This document shows positions 47,760-62,230 of a stretch of 64,000 nucleotides of DNA, piece after piece. Where the stretch lies: positions 83,702,317-83,766,316 of the forward strand of contig NC_068988.1 of assembly GCF_001194135.2 (NCBI RefSeq), in the 5' to 3' direction. The DNA comes from Octopus bimaculoides. Lineage: Eukaryota. The notes under the pieces are model-generated. The model worked only from the letters and a program-made list of their open reading frames with translations. It made no database searches and was not told the origin of the DNA. Position 1 is the stretch's first letter. Every line of letters begins with the position of its first letter. Both the position numbers and the translations under genes were made by a program.

Positions 47760-50700
47760 GTAATCAAGGTGGTCAGAATACTTAATACTTAAGCTTAGAC
47801 TAGTGCTGCAGCATGGATTAGCAACCATTATCTTGGCTTATGCTCCTTAGCCAGGGCTACCTGATGAATAGAAAGACTGATTTTTATGACACCTTCTTGC
47901 AGACTACTTCAGCGACGAATGACAGGGACCTTCTCTTTGTGGCTGGCAACTTCAACAGGCATGTTGGACAGCATCCAAGGAGCTTCCATGGTGTACACGG
48001 TGGATACGGATTTGGTTCCTGCAATGAGGCGGGAACCTGGCTGCTGGAGTTCTGTGATGCAAATGATCTTATGATCTGTAATATTAACTTCAGGAAACCT
48101 GCTAGTCACCTGTTCACCTACCAGTCTGTTGAGCACACTAGTCAGATTGACTACATTCTTGCCAGGAAACGGGTAAGATGGCTACTTATAAATGCCAAAA
48201 CTTTCCCAGGTGAAGAATGCACCCCACAACATAGGTTAGTAGTTAGTGACTTCAGGAGCAGGGCTAAATGGCTGCCTAGATGACCAGCATGGAAAAGAAG
48301 GGTCAGAGACATTACTTGAAGCTTTTGACGAAAAAGAGGATATATAGCATCACATAATGTGGAGGACAACTGGAGGTTCCTACAGGACAACCTGTTGAGG
48401 TCCACTGACCAGATCTGTGGCTAGTGCAAAGTCCCCTCTTGACCTAAGGTAATGTGGTGGTGAAACAATGTAGTTGACAGTGCCATTAAGGAAAAGAAAC
48501 AGGCATGGAAAGACTAAGTGCGGTGGTAGCAAGGAATGATATCATTGCCAGAAGGGAAGCTAGGAAACAGGTTTACTCAGCCAGGAGAGAAATGTGTCCG
48601 CATAGATGATGGCTCACTTGCATTTAATGATGCTGCAAGGAGAGAGACTTGTAGATGCTATTATGAAAGGTTGCTAAATGAAGAGAATGAATGGGAGAAA
48701 GAGAGTCTGCTGAATGTTGTCCCAACAGAGGGACCAGCTATCTGAATTGACAGTACCTTGGTAGATAAAGCAATTAAGGGTATGAAGACAGGGAAAGCCC
48801 CTGGCCTATCAGGAATCACTGTAGAGATGCTTAAAATATCCAGCAGTGTATGCTATAGTTTAGTCACCCATATAGTCAACTAGGTGATACATGAAGGAGT
48901 CATACCCATTGACTGGTGTAGCAGCACCATAGTCAACTGCTACAAAGGTAAAGGTGATGCATTAGATAGGAATAATTACAGAGGTATCAAATTGTTGGAC
49001 CAGGTGATGAAAGTCACAGGGAGAGTCATAGCCCAGCTAATTAGGGAGAGAGTTAATTTAGATGAGATGCAGTTTGGGTTTGTGTCAGAGAGAAGTACCA
49101 CTGATGCTATATTTCTGGTAAGACAGCTGCAGGAGAAATTCCTAGCCAAAGTTAAACCTCTGTACTTGGCTTTCGTTGACATGGAGAAAGCATTTGACAG
49201 GATCCCCCAATCCCTAATCTGGTGGTCAATGTGGAAACTAAGAATAGATGAGTGGTTGGTGAGAGCTGTACAAGCCATGTACAGGGATGCTGTCAGTAAG
49301 GTGAGGGTTGGCAATAAGTATAGTGCAGAATTCAGTAGAAGTAGGGGTTCACCAAGGATCAGCCCTCAGTCCCCTTTTATTCATCATAGTCCTCCAGGCA
49401 ATAACAGAGGAATTCAAGACAGGCTGCTCCTGGGAGTTCCTCTATGCTGATTATGCTGATGACTTGCTCTAATAACTGAGTGACTACTTGAACTAAGAAG
49501 TTTCAGGTGTGGAAGCAAGGTCTAGAATCGAAGGGCCTTAGAGTTAACCTAGCAAAAACCAAACTCTTAGTAAGTAGGAAGGCAGACAAATCACAAATCC
49601 CTTCAGGTAGGTAGCCTGCTCGATCTGTAGAAAAGGTGTAGGTAAAAGCTCCATAAGATGTACCCAGTGTAAGCTATGGACAATATAAGAGGTGCAGCAA
49701 TACAAAGGAAGGATGGTTAAAGGTGGTGAGCTGGCAGAAACAGCATGCCGCGTAAAATGCTTAGCGGTATTTTGCCTGTCCTTACGTTCTGAGTTCAAAT
49801 TCCACCAAGGTCAACTTTGTCTTTCATCCTTTTGGGGTCAATAAATTAAGTACCAGTTGTGTGCTGGGGATTGATAAATTAAGTACCAGTTGCATACTGG
49901 TGTCAATAAATTGAATACCAGTTGCGTACTGGGGTCAATCTAATCGACTGGCCCCTTCCCCCAAAATTTCAAGCCTTGTTCCTAGAGTAGAAAAAATATC
50001 AAAGGAAGGTTAAATGGGAAGATAGTTTTTGTGTGTGGAAGATGCACAGGGGCAATAAACACCAAAGATGTACAGAAAACAGATTTCATCACATGCCGGG
50101 GGAAAAACTAAAAGTAGTTGATAGCTTCTGTTACCTAGGTGACCAAGTCAATAGTGGGGGTGGGGTGGATGCTCTGAGAGTGTAGCTGCTAGAATAAGCA
50201 AAGTTTAGAGAGCTCTTACCTCTGCTGGTGACAAAGGGCCTCTTGCTCAGAGTGCAAGGCAGCCTGTATGATGCCACAGCAGTGAAACATGAGCTGTGTC
50301 TGCTGAAGACATGCGTAGGCTTGAAAGAAATGAAGCTAGTATGCTCTACAGAATAAGTGCCCCGAGAGAAAAGTTGGACATAAGAAGCAACAAATGTGGT
50401 GTGCAAGAGAGATGACTGCACTGGTATGGTCATGTATTGCATATGGATGAGGACAGCTGTGTGAAAAAATGCCACACTCTAGCAATAAAGGGAACTTGTG
50501 GAAGAGGTAGACTCAGGAAGACCTGGGATGAGGTGGTGAAACACAAACTTCGAATGTTGAACCTCACAGAGGCAATGACAAACGACTGAGACCTTTGGAG
50601 ATATGTTGTGCTTGAGAAGACCCGGCAAGCCAAGTGAGATCTTAGTCATGGCCAGTGCCAGTGTTGCATAACCAGCCTGTTTAAAAGTACCCTTCAATTG

Positions 50701-50965
50701 TTGGGCAATATACTGTGCTTGAGAAAACTTGTTGAGTCAAGTGAAATCATTGTCATGGCCAATACTAGTGCTGCCTGACCAGCATCTGTGCTGGTGGCAC
50801 ATAAAAAGCACGCCCTACACTCTTGGAGTGGTTAGCATTAGGAAGAGCATCCAGCTGTAGAAACCCTGCCAGAACAGAGCCTGGTGCAGCCTCCTGGCTT
50901 GTCAGTCTTCAGTCAAACTGTCCAACCCACACCAGCATGGAAAGTGGACATTAAATGATGATGAT
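47760..50965 (+). mobile_element. Large decayed RTE LINE (APE + RT) interrupted by a SINE at about 49720-49990
   Basis: AGNFNRHVG and QIDYIL (APE); NYRGIKLL, QFGF...TTDAIF, AFVDMEKAFD, YADD (RT); many stops; a short aaaggaagg..ttaaa duplication flanks the SINE. Confidence 0.92.
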
Positions 50966-52014
50966 GATCATCATCATCATCACTGTTTACACATCCTTTT
51001 TTCCATGCTCACACAGGTTGGAAAGAATTTGTTGAAGTAAATTTTCTACAGCCAGATGTCATTCTTGTTGCCAAACTTCACCCGTTTCCGGATAAGATAT
51101 TTTTCCATGGCTGGATATTTTCATGGAAGATTGGAAATGGACACTGCTTATAATAGTGACACTCATTTGCAACAATTACACAATGTCAAGACTAGGAGAC
51201 ACCAACTTACATACACATATACAATGGGCTTCTTTCAGCTTCTGCTTACCAAATCCACTCACAAGGCTTTGGTAGGCCAGGGCTATAGCTGAAGACTTGT
51301 TCAAGGTGCCATGCATTAACATTGAATCCAGAACAAAATGGTTAAGAAGCAAGCATCTTCGCCACACAAGTGCAGCCATGACTGCACTTGTCTCCATATT
51401 TTTTTATCTTTTATTCAATAGGAAAGGCAGTGCTCATTACTCTTTATAAGACCTTTGAGACTCATGTGAGGGAAGAGGGTATCCTCAAACCAGACATAAA
51501 CCTGATTGGTTGCAAAGTGTCAGGTGGTGGTGTAAACTGGGAAATGTATTCAGTCTACTGAGAGAGTAGACCATAGCAGGATTCAAACACAAAATTCAAT
51601 GAATCAGAAGAAATACCAAAAGGCATCCAGTTTAATGTTCTTACAACTCACCAATCCACTGCCCAGAACTAGTACTTTCGTTTTTATTGACACCAAAAGA
51701 ATAAAAGATAAAGATGACCTCAGTAGCATTTGAACTCAAAGGGATGGAGAAAGAGAAAGTTTTCTTGTTTATACACACACACACACATATCATCATCATC
51801 TTCCTCACCTCTCCTCCTTCATATACTATGCCTAGCTCTCACTCCCCAACCCTGCCCTCATGGCCCTGTTTTTCTGTATCATTGCTATCCAGTAGTTCCC
51901 CCGACTATATATACCCAGGTTTTCACCACTCACCCCCTGCTTCTCACCCTTTAATCCTGCTTCTTTAATCCTGTGTTCTTTAATCCTGCGCTCTTTAATC
52001 TTGCACTCTTTAAT

Positions 52015-53070
52015 CATCGCTTAACATCCACCTTCCATGCTGGCATGGGTGGGACAGTTTGATAAGAGCTGGCCAGGCAGAAGCCTGCACCAGACTTCTG
52101 TAACTGTTTTAGCAGGATTTTTACAGCTGGATGCTCTTCCTAACACCAACCACTCAGCAGAATGGACTTAGTGCTTTTTATGTGACACAAGCACAGGTGA
52201 GGTCAGTTTTGGCAAGGTATTACAGCTGAATGCCCTTCTAAACACCAACCACATTACATCTGGACTGGGTGCTTTTAAGTGGCAACTGCACTGACATGGT
52301 CACCAAGTACTTGCAAGACAAAAAAAAAACTCTTTTGAGAGGGGATGGGGCATTGGAGGAGGTGATCATGTATCAGATGATGAAAAGTTATAGCAAGGCA
52401 CAGAAAGAGATACAGGTGTCTTGTAGAGGAGGTACAAGGCTACCCGGCCAGAGGGGGAGAGAGAGAGAGAGAGAGAGAGATCAGGAATGAAGACAGAAAC
52501 AGGTGCACTGCTGCAAAGGAAATAGATAGTTACCAAACCTGGGGGAAGTGCAGGAGAGAGAAAGTGGGAGACAGCAGGGTAGAGATGGTGACAAAATGTT
52601 AGGCATACTCACAAGGGATGGGGATCAGAATATAAATGGGATGGTTGAGTAAAGGAAGAGAAGGATATAGATGGTGGCAAGTGCCAGGGCATACCCTTGA
52701 GGTTCAAAGGTTATAATATAAGTGGCAGGATATTGCAAAAGAAGTAGGATTAAAGAGTGCCAAGCAGGGGGGTGAGTGGTGAAAACCTGGGTATGTATAG
52801 TCGGGTGGGGGGGGGGACTACTGGATAGCAATGATACAGAAAAACAGGGCCATGAGGGCAGGGTTGGGGAGTGAGAGCTAGGCATAGTGTATGAAGGAGG
52901 AGAGGTGAGGAAAATATGTAGATTGGTTTGTTGGGGTAGGGTGTGTGAAAAGTTTTGTTATGTGTGGGTGGGACACATAGGTCGGGGGCTAGCAGATAGC
53001 AATGATAGAGTGAGACAGGGTGTGGAGGGAACACAGTATGAGGGTGCATGGCCTTGTAGTTAGGGTGTTG
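52015..53070 (-). mobile_element. RTE subfamily A 3'UTR copy, with a short opposite-orientation piece at about 51790-51960
   Basis: Colinear with 37070-38010. Confidence 0.75.
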
Positions 53071-55389
53071 CACTCAGATTGCATGTTGTGGTTTTGATTC
53101 CCAAACTCCCAGACTACACACTGCATTGTATTCTGGTGCAAAACACTTCATTTCGTTGCTCAGCTGTCACTTCAACATTTGACTTGTACCATAAAGTTTT
53201 CCATGCTGGTATGGGGTTGGACTATAGGCAAAGCCAGTTTGAAGGAGATAAGCTATGGTACAGCACAAACATTTGATCACTATAAACAAATCATTTGTGC
53301 AGGATGTTCAGCAAGAAATAGAACATTCACCCGTCGTCTAAGAGAAGACATGATTATTTGTATACACACACACACATATATCAGCATATCATTTAATATC
53401 TGCTTTCCATATTGGCATGAGTTGAATGGGTCATCACAAACCGAGTTTTGTTCGATAAACTGAACTCACTGAATTATCATGTAAAGTGGTTGAGTATTCC
53501 ACAGACATATGTATACCCTTAACAAAATTCTCAAGTAGAATTAGCATGAGAGTGCAACAAAGCTGGGCCTTTGAATTACAGCTACAATCCATCTGACAAG
53601 CTTCCAAACAGTTTCCATTGACCCAATTTCACTCACAAGGCTTGGGTTGATCCGATGCCATGATAAAAGACAGCTCAAGATGTCATACAATGAGATCAAC
53701 CCCACCTTGTAAAAATTCATGAATGACGTTGTCCACCAGCCATTGTTATCAAAATTAGATGATTGCAAACTTTTTGGGTGACTGCTAATTGTTAGTAGCA
53801 TTAAAGTGTCAGATGAAATATTTTGCAATATTTATTCCAGCTTACTGCATTCTGAGTTCAAATCCTGAATTCAACTTTGCTTTTCATCCTTCAGGGGTCA
53901 ATAAACTAAAGTCCCTACAACAATGGACAGAATCTTAAGATTGCCTTCCAATATTTATTCTGGCTTTTTGTCTTCTGAGTTCAAATGCTGCATGACCTAA
54001 GAGCCTCCAGGAGAGATTGAGATAATATCATGAATACACCTACAGTTAAACATGGATATCACCCACGGTGTCCAAACTGCTTAGAACAGTTAACGAGCAA
54101 TTGTTTACTTGCTTAATGTTATAGACTGGTTATCGATAATGAAAAGGCTTCGTCCAGAAGTGATCATACTTTGAGTGAGTGTACAAGTAAAACTAGATGA
54201 GTTAATTGTATGCTATTGTTCAGTGGTTGTTTTTTTTTTTCACAAGCCCTTGTTATCTAAGGATGCTTCGGAAAAAAAAAAAAACTAGAAAAGGCATCAC
54301 ACAACAACAAACCGTAGGCCGACCTGTTAGAAATTGCCATAGCCAATTTTTTAAAAACAGGGTAGTCACGATATGCCTTCAATCTAGGTCTAAACATCAA
54401 CACAACGTACAAAGCACTTGATTAAATGAGTGCATGAAAATACACAAAGGAGACACGAGAGAAAATAATTATTAAGGCAGCAAGCACCATACTACTTCCT
54501 CAGAAAACTTGTCTATAAAGTGTATAAAGATACAGAAAGAATTGCGACTAAATAAAAAAAAACCTTAATGCCAAATGGAAAAAAAATATAGAGAGATGGT
54601 CCAACAGATAATTGCAAACACAGTAAACACTACACGTCACATAAAATTTTGACGACTAAACGAAATGAACGTTATACACACACATTATATATATATATAT
54701 ACACACACACAAGATGTATATAAAATAATTAGCAACGCACAAAACGACCAAACGATACAATTTCACAAAAACTTGAACGAACTGAACGTGTGAAAATATA
54801 TACAGGAAGACCTGAGAGAATAGCACAAACACATCAGCTAGAAATAATTGTCAAATCCACCTGAAATTATACGTAACGATCTTTAAAAGGCTAGGGCACA
54901 TTAGATAACGTAGTCTTAACATACACTTAAAAAAAACAGGATGGTCGTGGCTGGAATGTGTTTGACTACAGAGAGGATCGATCCCGGTTAAATAAGAACA
55001 CATACCACACGACACAAAAAAAAATTCAGTTACACGAATTATAAAAACATGAAAGGGATACAAACGAGTAAAATTAATCACCAACATAATGCAAAATAAT
55101 ACAGTACGTAACAAAATACACACGTTAAAAAGAAGTTAATTAAATTGATTAATAAAAATAAACAGAGAGAGAGAGAGACAAGAAAAAAGAATTAGCAACA
55201 CAACACAAAGATGTTGGCCAACGAAGACAAGACACACAGAGGGAAATAAACCTGATGGCGACAAACTAAATGAATCGAATGTATAAAGATAAGAGAAAGA
55301 GAAACATTAATGAGATAAAAGTATAATTAGCAGTAACTACATTAAAACAGCATGCCAAACATTAGCAACTGAGCAAATCGTAAACTTTG

Positions 55390-55765
55390 GACCAATAAAT
55401 TGGTCAGAAAAACCTGCACCCAATCAAACTCAACTGACCGACCCCACCAATGAAAACAAAGAAAACAAACGGCAACACGGAATACAAACTAAATCTTTTA
55501 TTCCATATTGTCGCTTTTCCGTCGTCATTCTCTCTCTCGCTCTCTTGTTTTCGACATTATTACTTCCAGACCGAATTACTCTGGTGACTTATACAATGTA
55601 ATGGGGCTGTTATCGGTTTTTATTTTGGAAAAATAAAATAAAAGTATGAATCTTACCTTTGTAGATACTATATAATAAATTGATTATAGGAATGTCAACC
55701 CTTGCTAAGTTAAGATGTTGAGATTTTGATTGGTTAAATTTACTGAATGTTTTCGTGATTGGTGG
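55390..55765 (-). promoter_or_regulatory. Putative NF-YC promoter and non-coding first exon with CCAAT-box cluster
   Basis: Strong minus-strand donor AAAG|gtaaga at 55656. CCAAT pentamers at 55392, 55399 (rev), 55420, 55447, 55729 (rev) and 55758 (rev). They sit in a CpG-retaining, TE-poor block (about 54.1-55.9 kb), while the gene body is CpG-depleted. The first coding exon has an acceptor 7 nt before the ATG, so an upstream exon is required. Confidence 0.65.
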
Positions 55766-56230
55766 TGGAACAGACTATAATAGACGGGATATAAATATAT
55801 CGCTGGCAGATAACGATGGGAGACTATTTTAGGACTACGGTGGCACAAAATTGCTAAAATTCAACAATAGCAAAACCGATTTTCGCTATTCACCACTTGG
55901 TTTATTCTCATTTGCTCTCATCCTTTAGAATTATTGCATTTTTTCCTCTCAGTACCTCCTGTCCAAGTTCAATCAGTAGATATTTCAGCTAAACAAACAA
56001 TAGCTTGCGCTCTATTTTATGCTTTTACTTCTATCAGTCATTGGATTGCAGCCATGCTGGAGCAATGCTTTGAAGTACATATTTTAAGTCAGGTATATAA
56101 GGTATCGGTCTCTTTTGCCAAACTGCTAGGATATGGGGATGTAATCAAACCAACACTGGTTGTTAAGTGTGAGAGTATGTGTGTGGGAAACAAAAAGATA
56201 TGCCTATATTTATATCTAATTATATACGCA

Positions 56231-56284
<54 letters not shown>

Positions 56285-56438
56285 GCAAGAGAGTTAGGGG
56301 TTGAGGATTCAACCCACTAAGGGATAGTATCTATCCAATATACTGCTGGAAGGGTACCCAATTATTGTTACACTAGTGTTATACCAAGTGTAATAAGTGG
56401 GTGCGAGTAAAAGGGGGGTTATTTTACTCTAAATTTAT

Positions 56439-56669
56439 ATAGCAATAAGAAAATGGAGGAGAATATGCGGTATCCATCGACTTGCAGACAGTGTATTCCA
56501 TTGAATTAATTTATTTATTTTGTAACTAAAATGACAAAAACCACACATAAGCATCTGTATATTGTGGTTTTTGTCATTTTAGTTACAAAATAAATTAATT
56601 AATTCAATGGAATACACTGTCTGCAAGTTGATGGATACCGCATATTCTCCTCCATTTTCTTACTGCTAT
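56439..56669. repeat. Near-perfect 107-bp-arm palindrome with 17-nt spacer
   Basis: 56439-56545 is the reverse complement of 56563-56669, with only a few mismatches. Confidence 0.9.
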
Positions 56670-57449
56670 TTATATATATATATATATACAGAACAGGTTT
56701 CCATCAGCAAAATTTATGCACAAAGCATTGCTTGGCTAAGGACTACAGTAGAAGACACTTGCAGTGCAGTGGGACTGAACCTGAAACCATGTGTTTGGGA
56801 AGCAAATATCTTAAGCACACAACTCACTGATCTTCCTTCTGAATATTTATTTGCTTATCAAGACATGATTTGCTCTCCTTCCCCCCATTCCACCTCTTCA
56901 TCATCAGAGTTATCATCATCACCACAAGCAACATCCTCACCATTCACCACCACCATTACCACCACTGCTGCTACCACCACTGTCTCTGCCACTACCACCA
57001 TCATTGTCATTGTTCAATGGTTTACTGGATCACTAGTTCAATAGTTGTCTGTGTCCCCACCTTCCTTAACATTAGATTCAGTCAGATACTGGTTATATGA
57101 ATCTATCACTGTGGGGGGGAAGGTAGCCTTCACTGCTTCATTGATGAGGTCATGATAAAGCTGAAACAAGTTTAAAGTTGTTTTCCATATTTAGCAGAAA
57201 AATGTGAATAATATTAATCATTCACAAAATTTTTTTTTTTTTTCAAGATATGATCATTTTTAGTTAGCTTTTTTAATGTTTTATACATTAAATATGTTTA
57301 GTACTAACTTAACTTTTGTTTCTTTTTATGTGGATGGTGTCTATGAATAAATTATCCTCTGAACATTTTTGCCACACCAGCAAATTTACAATATTGTCTA
57401 TATATATATATATATACACATACATACATACATACACACATATATATAT

Positions 57450-58600
57450 AATCATGATCATCATCATTTAACATTTGTTCTCCATGCCGGCGTGTGTTGG
57501 ACAGATTGAGAGGTGATGGCCAGCTGGAGAGCTGCCCATCCTGCATTTTGTCTGTCCTGGCATAGTTTTTATGGCCGCATGCCCTTCCTAATGCCAATTG
57601 CTTTACAATGTGTACTGGGAGCTTTTACATGGCATTGGCAAAGGTTTTTTATGCGGCACCTGCATGGGCACTTTTACATGCCACTGGCAGATAACAATGG
57701 ATCAGTGTTTTGTCTGTTTTCTTGTTTCTTAGAACTTTGCTCTTTGTTAAATTAACTCTAAGGTCCTTTGGTTCCAAACCTTGCTTCCACACCTGAAATC
57801 TCTTCTTTAGTTCTGATAGAGATTCAGCAATAAGAACAAGATCATTAGCACAGAAGAGCTGACAAGAGCAGACAGTCTTCAATTCCTCTGTTGTGGCCTG
57901 GAGGACTATGATAAACAAGAGGGGGCTGAGAACTGATCCTTGGTGAATTCCTACCTGTACACTAAATTCCTTGCTATACTCATTGCCAACTTTCACCTTA
58001 CTGACAGCATCCCTGTACATGGTTTGTACAGCTCTCACCAACTACTCATCTATCCCTGGCTTCCATATTGCCATTCAGATAAGGAAGTGGGGAATTCTGT
58101 CAAAGGCTTCTCCATATCAACAAGAGCCAAATATAGAGACTTATTTTTAGCTAAATACTTCTACAGTTGCCTCACCAGGAAGATAGCATTAGTAGTGCCC
58201 CTTCCTGGCACAAAACCAAACTGTATCTCACTTAGACTAACTCTTCTTAATTAATTGAGCTATGACCCTTTCTGTAACTTCACCACCTGGTCCCGCAATT
58301 TGATATCTCTGTAATTATTTCTGTCTAAAAGGTGTCACCTTTACCTTTGTAGCAGTTGACTATAATACATTCATAGGGTGTGACTTCCTTGTGGAATACC
58401 TGATTATCTATGCAGGACACTAGGCCATATCCCACTCATCCAAATATTTTAAGCATCTCAGTGGTGATTCCTGATGTGCTGGAGGATTTTCCTGTCTTCA
58501 TATCCTTAATTGCTTTATCGACATCTCAGCAGTGATTTCCGATGGGCTGGGGGTGGGGGGAAGTATACATATATCTTCTGAAATTTCCATAATTTAGATA
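57450..58600 (-). mobile_element. RTE LINE RT fragment plus 3' tail
   Basis: VRAVQTMYRDAVSKV...GIHQGSVLSPLLF...ANDLVLIAE. Confidence 0.85.
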
Positions 58601-58619
58601 ATTAGTGTTTAATGCTCAT

Positions 58620-60540
58620 CATCATCATCATCATCGTTTAACGTCTGCCTTCCATGCTAGCATGGGTTGGACGTTTTGACTGAGGACTGGCGAACCAGAT
58701 GGCTACACCAGGCTCCAATCTGATTTGGCAGAGTTTCTACAGCTGGATACCCTTCCTAACGCCAACCACCCAGAGAGTGTAGTGGGTGCTTTTACGTGCC
58801 ATCGGCGTGAAGGCCAGTCAGGCAGTACTGGCAACGGCCACACGCAAAATGGTGTATTTTACGTGCCACCTGCACAGGAGCCAGTCCAGCGGCACTGGCA
58901 ACGACCTCGCTCAGATGTCTTTTCATGTGCCGCCAGCACAAGTGCCAGTAAGGCGACGCTGGTAATGATCACGCTCAAATGGTGCTATTTATGTGCCACC
59001 AGCACAGAAGCCAGACAGCTGATCTGGCAATGATCACGCTCGGACGGTGCTGTTAGCGCTCCACTGGTACAGGTGCCATCATGATTTTGCTTTCACTTGC
59101 CCCAACAGGTCATTGCAAGACGAGTTTAGTGTCCAATGAAGGAGAGGTTGGCATGGGAGCCAGCCGTCGAATTTGGTTTGATTTTGATTTCACTTGCCTC
59201 AACAGGTCTTCACAAGCGGAGTTTAGTGTCCAATGAAGGAAAGGTACACATAAGTGGGCTAGCTACACCCCTGGCAGACACCTCGGATTATGGTCTCACA
59301 TGGCTTGCCGGGTCTTCTCACACACAGCATATTTCCAAAGGTCTCGGTCAGAAGTCATTGCCTTCATGAAGCCTAATGTTTGAAGGTCGTGCCTCACCAC
59401 CTCATCCCAGGTCTTCCTCTTTCACAGGTTCCCTCAACTGCTAGGGTGTGGCACTTTTTCACACAGCTATCATCATCCATTCTCACCACATGACCATACT
59501 AGTGCAATTGTCTCTCTTGCACACCACAACTTATGCTTCTTAGGTTCAACTTTTCTCTCAAGGTACTTACACTCCATTGAGTATGCACACTGACATTACA
59601 CATCCAGCGGACCATACTGGCTTCATTCCTTGCGAGCTTACGCATGTCCTCAGCAGTCATGGCCCAGTTTCACTGCCTTGTAGCATGGCTGTTTGTACAC
59701 ATGCGTCATACAGTCTGCCTTTTACTCTGAGTGAGAGGCCCTTTGTCACCAGCAGAGATAGGAGCTACCTTCCTACTTATTAGGACTTTGGTTTTAGCTA
59801 GGTTGACTCTAAGGCCCTTCAATTCTAGTCCTTCCTTCCACACCTGAAACTTCTCCGCTAGTTCCGATAGTGACTCAGCAATTAGCGCAAGGTCATCAGC
59901 ATAGAGGAGCTCCCAGGGGCATCCTGTCTCGAATAAGAGGGGGTTGAGGACTGATCCTTGGTGGACCCCTACTCCTACCTGGAATTTTTCACTGTATTTG
60001 TTGCTAACAATCACCTTACTGACAACATCTCTGTACATGGCTTGCACAGTTCTCACTAACCATTCATCTATCCCTAGTTTCCTCATTGACCACCAGATAA
60101 GGGATCAGTGGACCCTGTCAAAGGCTTTCTCCATGTCAACAAAAGCTAGGTACAGAGGTTTATCTTTGGCTAGGTATTTCTCTTGCAGCTGTCTTACCAG
60201 AAATATAGCATCAGTGGTGCTTTTCCCTGACACAAACCCAAACTGCATCTCATCTAAGCTGACTCTCTCCCTAATTAGTTGGGCTATGACCCTCTCCATG
60301 ACTTTCATTACCTGATCCAACAACTTGATACCTCTGTAATTATTTGTATCTAGAGCGTCACCTTTACCTTTTTAGCAGTTGACTATGGTGCTGCTACACC
60401 AGTCATTGGGTATGACTCCTTCGTGTATCACCTGGTTAGCAATACGGGTGACTAGGCTATAGCCGACACTGCCAGATATTTTGAGCATCTCTGCAGTGAT
60501 TCCTGATGGACCAGGTGCTTTCCCTGTCTTCATATTCTTA
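58620..60540 (-). mobile_element. RTE LINE (RT to 3'UTR), internally deleted
   Basis: LDQVMKVMERVI...QFGF...DMEKAFDRV, GVHQGSVL, YADDLAL; repeated aaaagcacc UTR; (gat)n tail. Confidence 0.9.
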
Positions 60541-62230
60541 ATTGCTCAAACAAACAAGTCCTACAGTTCCTAGATGAAATATTACTCACTCCCACAAAAT
60601 GCGCATTCTTAACTCAGTACCATGATTCCTGTAAGACCATTATCCAAACTACAAAATATGTCTTCATACATTGCATAATCCTCAAGTTCTCTTCTATATA
60701 TAGTTTATTTAGTATGATGGGTATACATGCTGAAGGCTTGGGTGTATCAAAGAACAAATAGTTGTCTGTACACACAAACAACAGTCACATCAATACAGGA
60801 TTGCAGTATTCAGCTGTGTAACCATGTGAAAAGATTAAAATATTACCTTTACATGGCACAAGTGTAATAAGACAACCTGCCTTATTGAGTTGGAAGTCAG
60901 AGGATAACTAGTTAAGGCTTCTCTCCCCTCTTCTGTCTGTTATAATTCAAACATTATCTCATCCTGCACATTCATTGCATGAATTTATACAACTAACCAA
61001 TACAGATATTTCTAGATGACCAAATCTTTCTTCGTCCTTTTGATACTAACCTGCCTGAGACCATTCTTGGTTCTATAATACAAACTCACTGTTTTAAAGT
61101 AATCTAAATTAAAACCTGCCATCAAAATTTCATATTAACATATGTTCCAAATACTAGCTTAATAACAACAAAGTGGCAGCAACATATGACAAATAAATGC
61201 CTTTATGGAGACCCGCTGAAAGTTAGTGAGAGGATCGGGTAAAGACAGCTGTGACTATCTGGTCACTGCATGCACCACCCTGAACTGGAAGCATCCAAAT
61301 TAGTCTTGTGAAAGCCACTTCATGGTGATGTAAGAAGAGGAAAATGTCATCACACTTACATCAACAACTTGATTGTAGACATTGGCCTGGAGTGTATTCA
61401 GGACCTTGAGATAGTGATGATGGACTAAAAAATATGGCAGGTGGACTTTGTTGCTGCAGCCTGGGTCGGAACCTGGCCATAATAATAATAATAATAATAA
61501 TAAAGGCAATGTATTTCAACAGAAATACGATCACATAAAGGTTAAATCACATCCCACCATCTTAAAAAGGACACATTGGATAATGAAATGTGAGACAGAC
61601 TACATCTAAAAGAAAATTTCTTTAAACCTCAAAAACTGAGCAACTTTGATCAAGACTGATCTGGGATTTAACAACCTTAGACATATGATATCAAAATGAA
61701 AGACAGGATGATTATAGGTGGATTGGCATTAGTCTAATATCTACTTGTTGAGAGCCAACTTGGTGTGTCCACCATGAAAGACATCACAGCCATAGTGAAC
61801 CCAAGGAAATGGAATCATCAAAAGGACTCTAGTTGCTTGTTGTGTTCAAGGGAAAGGGTGTGTATGCAATGATAGATTCTTATGCATGCAGTGTTTACAT
61901 TTTCTGCCTTTGAAGGCAACGTGATTGGCACAACCCCAGTGCAATATGCTGTTGGATGCAAAACAGGCAGTAAAAGCAAGAGGTTTCTCCATGGGAGGAT
62001 TGCTCACAGAACCATCATGGTTGAGAAGTAGAAGGATGATTCCATTGAAGGAGATCCTTTTAGCAGAGATCAGAAAGATTGGCCATATTTTGGGAGGCAA
62101 CAGGACTTGAGGATTGTGCAATGTATGAAGACATATTTTGTAGTTTGGTCTTGCAAGAATTATGGTACTGTGTTAAGAAAGCGTATTTTGTGGGAGTGAG
62201 CAATATTTTTTCTAGGAATTGTAGGACTTG
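60540..62230. repeat. Inverted pair of about 150 bp (60540-60690 and 62100-62230), probably 3' ends of one non-LTR family
   Basis: The two segments are reverse complements; the right copy is preceded by a decayed ORF-like region with CLLC...H. Confidence 0.55.

Noticed and set aside
47760-50965. Active RTE element
   Set aside because: Multiple stops, frameshifts and a SINE insertion; the 5' end is incomplete.
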